A stretch of DNA of 62,917 nucleotides, counting the filler, from Pelomyxa schiedti (Eukaryota; Protista; Evosea): NCBI GenBank assembly GCA_020536535.1. It is 12 parts of 12 records of this genome, joined end to end, with 100 filler letters (N's around TTAATTAATTAA, not from the genome) between each part and the next. Parts side by side here need not be neighbours in the genome. Positions count along the whole stretch, not along the records: positions 57,785 to 59,753 come from JAHLWZ010000425.1; positions 59,854 to 61,452 come from JAHLWZ010002397.1; positions 61,553 to 62,917 come from JAHLWZ010002566.1; 9 more parts are not named here. One strand, 5' to 3'. Below the pieces are notes generated by a model. It was given only the letters and a program-made list of their open reading frames with translations. It searched no databases and was not told the origin of the DNA. Each line of letters starts with the position of its first letter. Position 1 is the first letter of the stretch. The translations under genes and the position numbers were made by a program. Below are positions 57,883-62,917 of the stretch, one piece after another.

Positions 57883-58986
57883 GGAGTATCAAGAGCCCTC
57901 CAGCAGCACCAAATCGGCCGTGGGAGTAAACCAGCTCTGATTGGGAGTTTTACAAATGGGGCCGGAACACCGATTTACTTGCCACCACAGATGCACACTG
58001 GGCACTACGGAATTCAAGGTATTTGGATGTTGTGTGTTCATCCTGTTGATAGTTCACTCAACGTTAATTCCGCACCACACATTAACGAACACATTCAAAA
58101 GGAGACATGTGGGAGTTTGCAGTTTTGTTGAGTGAACTTCTTCAAGGCGAAGTTCCATCAGTCAAGATGCCAAAGTCCGGTGCCCAAGTAGCAGAATTGA
58201 TGCGAGTCCAGCAGGCATCACTCTCAGCCCCGGAAATTGCGGGTTAACAATAAAAGCCAACCCTTCCTCGCGTAACACACACACACAGAAGTGGACCGGA
58301 TTTGTGATGACGCTGGAGATTATGCCGTTGTGGAGTGCCTCAGCCGGAAGATTGCAATAACTTCCGCGTTACGTGACTCGCCCAAGATGAACAACGTGCA
58401 CCGCGCGTGCGTTGGCCTCTTCCGTCTCGTTGTTGAATCCTGCCTCTCGCTCCTCGGTTCGTTTTTTCCTTCCCGTTCTGTCCCTCCTCGCCACTCACGC
58501 TCAACCGCACACACGCACAGAGGCCGACCGGCCGTCATTCCCGACAATTGACAAGGTGTTGATGGCGTGTGCCGAGATCGTGTTCAGTTCCGGACCTGGC
58601 CTATCAACAACAACAACAAGCACCGTGACCGACGACAGCAACAATACTCCCATAACTGACAACGACGTTACCGGACACATCAGAAGGTGCCTCGCCAACA
58701 TCGCAGCATCCTTCCCTGGCCGCCGCAATCNNNNNNNNNNNNNNNNNNNNNNNNNNNNNNNNNNNNNNNNNNNNNNNNNNNNNNNNNNNNNNNNNNNNNN
58801 NNNNNNNNNNNNNNNNNNNNNNNNNNNNNNACAACAACAAGCACCGTGACCGACGACAGCAACAATACTCCCATAACTGACAACGACGTTACCGGACACA
58901 TCAGAAGGTGCCTCGCCAACATCGCAGCATCCTTCCCTGGCCGCCGCAATCACACAGGACCAACAACTGCCACGTCTTCCTCTTGA
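57883..58986 (+). CDS. C-terminal half of a TKL-like protein kinase (spliced, 5'-truncated; spans a 100-N gap)
   Basis: GVSRAL..GAGTPIYLPPQM..QGDMWEFAVLLSELLQGEVP..LVVESCLSL..ADRPSFPTI match kinase subdomains VII-XI. Confidence 0.78.
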
Positions 58987-59040
58987 CCCACAGAGTGTGC
59001 GAGGACTCCCTCCCTAGGAACACTCAACACCATTTCGTTA

Positions 59041-59753
59041 TCATTTTCTCCAGCAAAACAACATCATTTTTTTTTCTTTCATTTGTTGATTTCGGAGTGG
59101 TGGAATAAGAAACAACGATCGTATGCTGTCCTTTGTGATTCCCGAGTGGGCATTGACACGGTGGTGTGGAGTGGTGACACGGAAACAATGCTCATTGGCG
59201 AACTCGGCTGTAACTTGAGGAAACACACGCAACATCCTCCACATTGATCCACTTACTTTTTGTTGCACTCTGACCGAATGTTGAAAGCGCAGTGATTGGG
59301 ATGGATTACGTGAAACAACCACTTGACCACCTTTCCACACCGAACATAGCCACTGCTCTTCAGACCTGCTCACACCACTTTCTGAAGACCAGTGACAGGC
59401 CACACTTCCACAGGAAAGCGTGCCTTCAATGCATTTTGACAAGTGTGGAAATGCTAGATATGCACATCCAAACCATCCAAAGCAACGTAGTATTAGTCCA
59501 ACGTATACAACCCTCCTTTGCAAACAGGATGATGGCCATGTAGTACGCCCCATTTTGTTTTGTGCTTCTTTCTTCTCTCTTTTTCGGAAGTATACAACCC
59601 TCATTCGTTGTTGCCACTGCCTCTGTGAAGCACACAACGCTGCTGTGAGGTGTTGCCACTGTTGGCAGATTCGTGGGAACCGTAAGAATAGCTGTTAGTC
59701 ATCAACGTCATACGTTATGAATGAGACTGTAAGCCGCTCTTGTGATGCACTAT
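59041..59753 (-). pseudogene. Degenerate copy resembling the C-terminus of the 62056-62917 family
   Basis: SMWRMLRVFPQVTAEFANEH..SGITKDSIR weakly parallels AGWQAILGHY..IDASFIRTH..FGITLDEIR; the upstream region is broken across frames. Confidence 0.35.
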
Positions 59754-59853
59754 NNNNNNNNNNNNNNNNNNNNNNNNNNNNNNNNNNNNNNNNNNNNTTA
59801 ATTAATTAANNNNNNNNNNNNNNNNNNNNNNNNNNNNNNNNNNNNNNNNNNNN

Positions 59854-60480
59854 AGATCGAGTGGGATGTATTACTTCCTGCTTGGAAACAGAGCTTGTGA
59901 ACTCAAGGTGTTGGTGTTGAACACAGGCGAGGTTGTCACATTGAGTGAAGGCTCCCAATCTGCCAGGAAACTTATTGTGGAGGCAGTTGACGAAACACAC
60001 CTGAGCCTCACAAAGCGTGGCCATAACACAGTGACACAAACATCAGCTAAAACCTCAGTTTATTCTCTGTCGGAGCTGATTTCATCATCTACTGCGTTGC
60101 CGCCACCACACTCTGAATCATCCTGTTTTGACCAAGTCACTCCAATCCACGTTCACCACTTTTCACCAGGATCATTGGTTTCTGCTGTTGGTTGCGGCAT
60201 TGTAACATCAAGTAACCTGTCAATGTCATCATGGCACCACTCCTCAGAGCCAAAGAGACCAAGGCTCTCCAACACGAGGGACAGAACAATCTCCAAGAGG
60301 TTATCCATCCCACAGTTCCTCATGTCACATGAGTTCCTCGATGCAACAACCGGGACTGCGTTGTTCCAAGTTAAGCAGACAGATGTGCAGGTCGCCCTGC
60401 TTCCAGTTGACATCCATCCTGTTCCATTCCACAATCCATTTCCTCTCAAACAACACATGGAAAGTACACAAGAACTGTGA
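59854..60480 (+). CDS. 3' fragment of an expanded-family member
   Basis: Open frame from the linker; VLNTGE, AVGCG and HEFLDATTGTALFQV motifs. Confidence 0.7.
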   Translation, partial: RSSGMYYFLLGNRACELKVLVLNTGEVVTLSEGSQSARKLIVEAVDETHLSLTKRGHNTVTQTSAKTSVYSLSELISSSTALPPPHSESSCFDQVTPIHVHHFSPGSLVSAVGCGIVTSSNLSMSSWHHSSEPKRPRLSNTRDRTISKRLSIPQFLMSHEFLDATTGTALFQVKQTDVQVALLPVDIHPVPFHNPFPLKQHMESTQEL

Positions 60481-60706
60481 AATGGAAAAAAATGAACGTA
60501 ACCCTTGTGAGAATTGTTGGAATGTAGAAGAGTTTTTGCTTGTGTTTTCCTTTGACTAAGACAATAGACTACAACAGTAACTACATCAATTTTGGGGTCT
60601 GTAATTACGTAACAGTGTGGGCCACCACTCCCCATGGTATTTTTTTTCTCCACCTATCTTTCTCAGGCTGTCAAAAACCGCATTAAAATTCTTAGATCTT
60701 GGGGCC

Positions 60707-61452
60707 ATGCAATCTATTACCGGAGACAAACCACACACCGTTGTCGGAGTGTCGGCTGAGAAACAAATCCTGCAGTTGATAGTCGCAGTGGCAAAGGCAA
60801 CAACACCCACAATTGCGTCCAGGCGACGGCAGTCGTCCCCAGTCGCTTACCCCAGAGACCGCCGAGGCCGCCGCTGCTACGCCGCTGCGTTGCCATTGTG
60901 GGTGGTCGTCGAGTGCGTCGGCAAACGATGGGTGATGAGGCCCGAGAGGAGGGTCATGGTCACGATGGAAGACACTCTTGGGAGCACCACTGGCCGGCGC
61001 TACTTCTTCGCTGTGAGTTTCACACTAGGAATTGTTGGCGTCTGGATGGACGACAAGTGCGTCGGCTGGCTTGGTGGCGAGAACTTCCTCAGAGGTGATT
61101 CTGAAAGACTCAGGGTGAATAGAGTTGATCCTCTAAAGCAGGGTTGTGAGCGCATTTTGTCATGGAAAATGACTGTGAGAAAGGTGTGCTGCAATCAGAG
61201 GTGGGTTGTTGTGGCTGGCACTCACAATGGGGAGTCTGGACTGTTTCTGTCCACAGTGGAAAACGGGTTGCCGCAGTGTTGGCGGGAACCCGGGAAAACG
61301 GGAAACGAGAAGAGAATTTGGGCGGGGCCCGCTCCCGGGAAATGGGTGGGTCTTCCCGGCTCTTCCCGAATCTGCTGGGGAAATCTCTTATGTAAATTTC
61401 TGCTTACAAAGTCCTGAGGAACAACGACGGCGAGGCAAAGGACAGAGTGGAG
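60707..61452 (+). CDS. 5' part of an expanded-family member; apparent frameshift near 61300-61400, truncated
   Basis: SAEKQILQLIVA..LPLWVVVECVGKRWVMRP, VSFTLGIV, CNQRWVV. Confidence 0.7.
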
Positions 61453-61552
61453 NNNNNNNNNNNNNNNNNNNNNNNNNNNNNNNNNNNNNNNNNNNNTTAA
61501 TTAATTAANNNNNNNNNNNNNNNNNNNNNNNNNNNNNNNNNNNNNNNNNNNN

Positions 61553-61754
61553 TGCGGCACGCTCGTGGCACCAGAGGGAACATCGCCTGTGCGAGCCTGA
61601 TCACGTCCAAGCTCGCGGCGCACCACAGGTCGTCGTCGGTTGGCACGTCCAGCCAACCTGGAGCCACAACCATTTCCCACACAACTCGTGACACCCTCAG
61701 AACGCTTTCCACATCGCCTACACATCGTTGTGTTCTCGTTGCCGACGATGTCAT
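61553..61754 (-). CDS. 5' fragment of a second lineage-specific family protein
   Basis: ATG at 61754; DVESVLRVSRVVWEMVV..LAQAMFPLVPRACR is open to the linker. Confidence 0.6.
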
Positions 61755-62055
61755 TTGTTTCCTTCTTTTGGGATTGAAGAGGTGAATAGCATAATCAACA
61801 GACCGGAACGCACATCACATCACATAGGATACAAACAATGAGCAGGAAGCACAATGTGATGCTGAGGAAACCACGCACGGAGAACTGGAGTCTATTCCAC
61901 TATGAAACATGAAATCGAATAACATAAATACTCGTCCATCGAATAGTAGTGGCTACTAATTCGGTGACACTCCTTTTCTTGTGTAGTCGGTGCCGATCAG
62001 GCACAACATTTTGTTGCGTTTTTTTTTGAGCGGGAAACAAAAAAAATCGATTCGA

Positions 62056-62917
62056 CTAGAGATCCAACCAGGGCAAACCAAGCCAGATCTTTGTTTCATC
62101 AGAGAGAGACTTGGTCAGGTTTCCACCACGTATCTCGTCGAGGGTGATGCCGAACCTGCGCATCGTGAACAGGGCCACGGGCGGTGCTGCTGACACCACT
62201 CCCAGGAAGTGTGTGCGTATGAATGACGCGTCGATGGCATCACCGTAGTGGCCCAGTATTGCCTGCCACCCTGCAAGGTCGGTGTGGGAGTTTGGTGCCA
62301 ACCACCTGTTGAACATGCTCACAACCTGTGTTGTGGTTTGTTTTTTTGGTGGTGGTGTCATTGGGTTATTACACTTGTGTGTTTGAGTTTGAAGCACATA
62401 CATCATCCAGGGGGATGTCAAAGGTGTCGAGAAGCCACTGTGCACAGCGGTTCCTCCTGACAGAGAAAAGCCTGAACAAGAGAGCATTGGAATCACTTTT
62501 GATGTGGTTGTACTGCAGGTTGAACTTGCAGATCACCCACTTGACAGTCCTGCTGGATGGAACTGGTTGAACATCCGAAGTGAGGCACGGGCCCATGAAC
62601 TCTGGGGTAAGCAGCGGGGAACCCTCCCCAACAGACTTGGTGATGAAGCGCTGCAGGGCTCCAAGGTCATGCCTCATGAGACCTGTCAGGATGGTGCTCA
62701 GCTGGTGGCGGGGAACACTCTCTGGGAACGTGTCCACCAGCACCGCAACCCATTCCCAAAGATTGAAGCTGACTGCTTCTGAAATGGCGTTGTGAATTCC
62801 GCTCACATGCAACTGCAATGGGTGTGGAAGGTGCTGAAGGAACCATCTCAACCCTGCCGTGTCGGAAGTGTTGAACCCTGTGCACAACTCTGTCAGTGCT
62901 ATCTCAGCACCTCCTGG
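62056..62917 (-). CDS. 3' part of a helical, degenerate ankyrin-like repeat protein; one intron (~62325-62400); 5' end outside the window
   Basis: Repeats LRWFLQHL, VKWVICKFNL, CAQWLLDTFDI; the intron GAT|gtatgt..cacag|GTT joins the two ORFs. Confidence 0.65.

Noticed and set aside
58610-58951. About 120-nt direct repeat flanking a 100-N gap
   Set aside because: Same unmerged-overlap pattern as at 49693-49792.

Overview
Eukaryotic, intron-rich draft genome DNA (short GT-AG introns, mostly about 40-60 nt). The window is 12 assembly pieces joined by artificial 100-nt linkers (N44-TTAATTAATTAA-N44), plus two plain 100-N gaps. Gene content and a large intronless lineage-specific family suggest an amoebozoan, resembling my recollection of Pelomyxa-type (Archamoebae) proteins; this is inference and was not checked against a database. 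Genes I could assemble by eye: a CBM20 starch-binding protein, CstF-64/CSTF2, Ran, two tandem Cys-rich GPI-type surface proteins, a NASP/Hif1-type histone chaperone, a double-domain AMP deaminase, a TRAF-type Zn-finger protein, a UBC-domain protein, a Ser-rich type I membrane protein, an Arf-like GTPase, a ~13 kb BEACH/WD40 gene, a Ras-like GTPase fused to an F-box, a duplicated type II membrane protein, a ubiquitin-like domain, two kinase fragments and about nine members or fragments of an expanded family. Main leads: (1) a tandem AMP deaminase whose second domain has lost catalytic residues and carries an inserted B-box; (2) an apparent AT-AC intron with U2-like signals in CSTF2; (3) the Ras-F-box fusion; (4) the expanded family with an F-box-like N-terminal motif; (5) two hairpin-rich intergenic ncRNA candidates and a short dispersed repeat; (6) sharp CpG-rich to CpG-depleted transitions inside genes. 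All splice models are manual and need RNA-seq confirmation.
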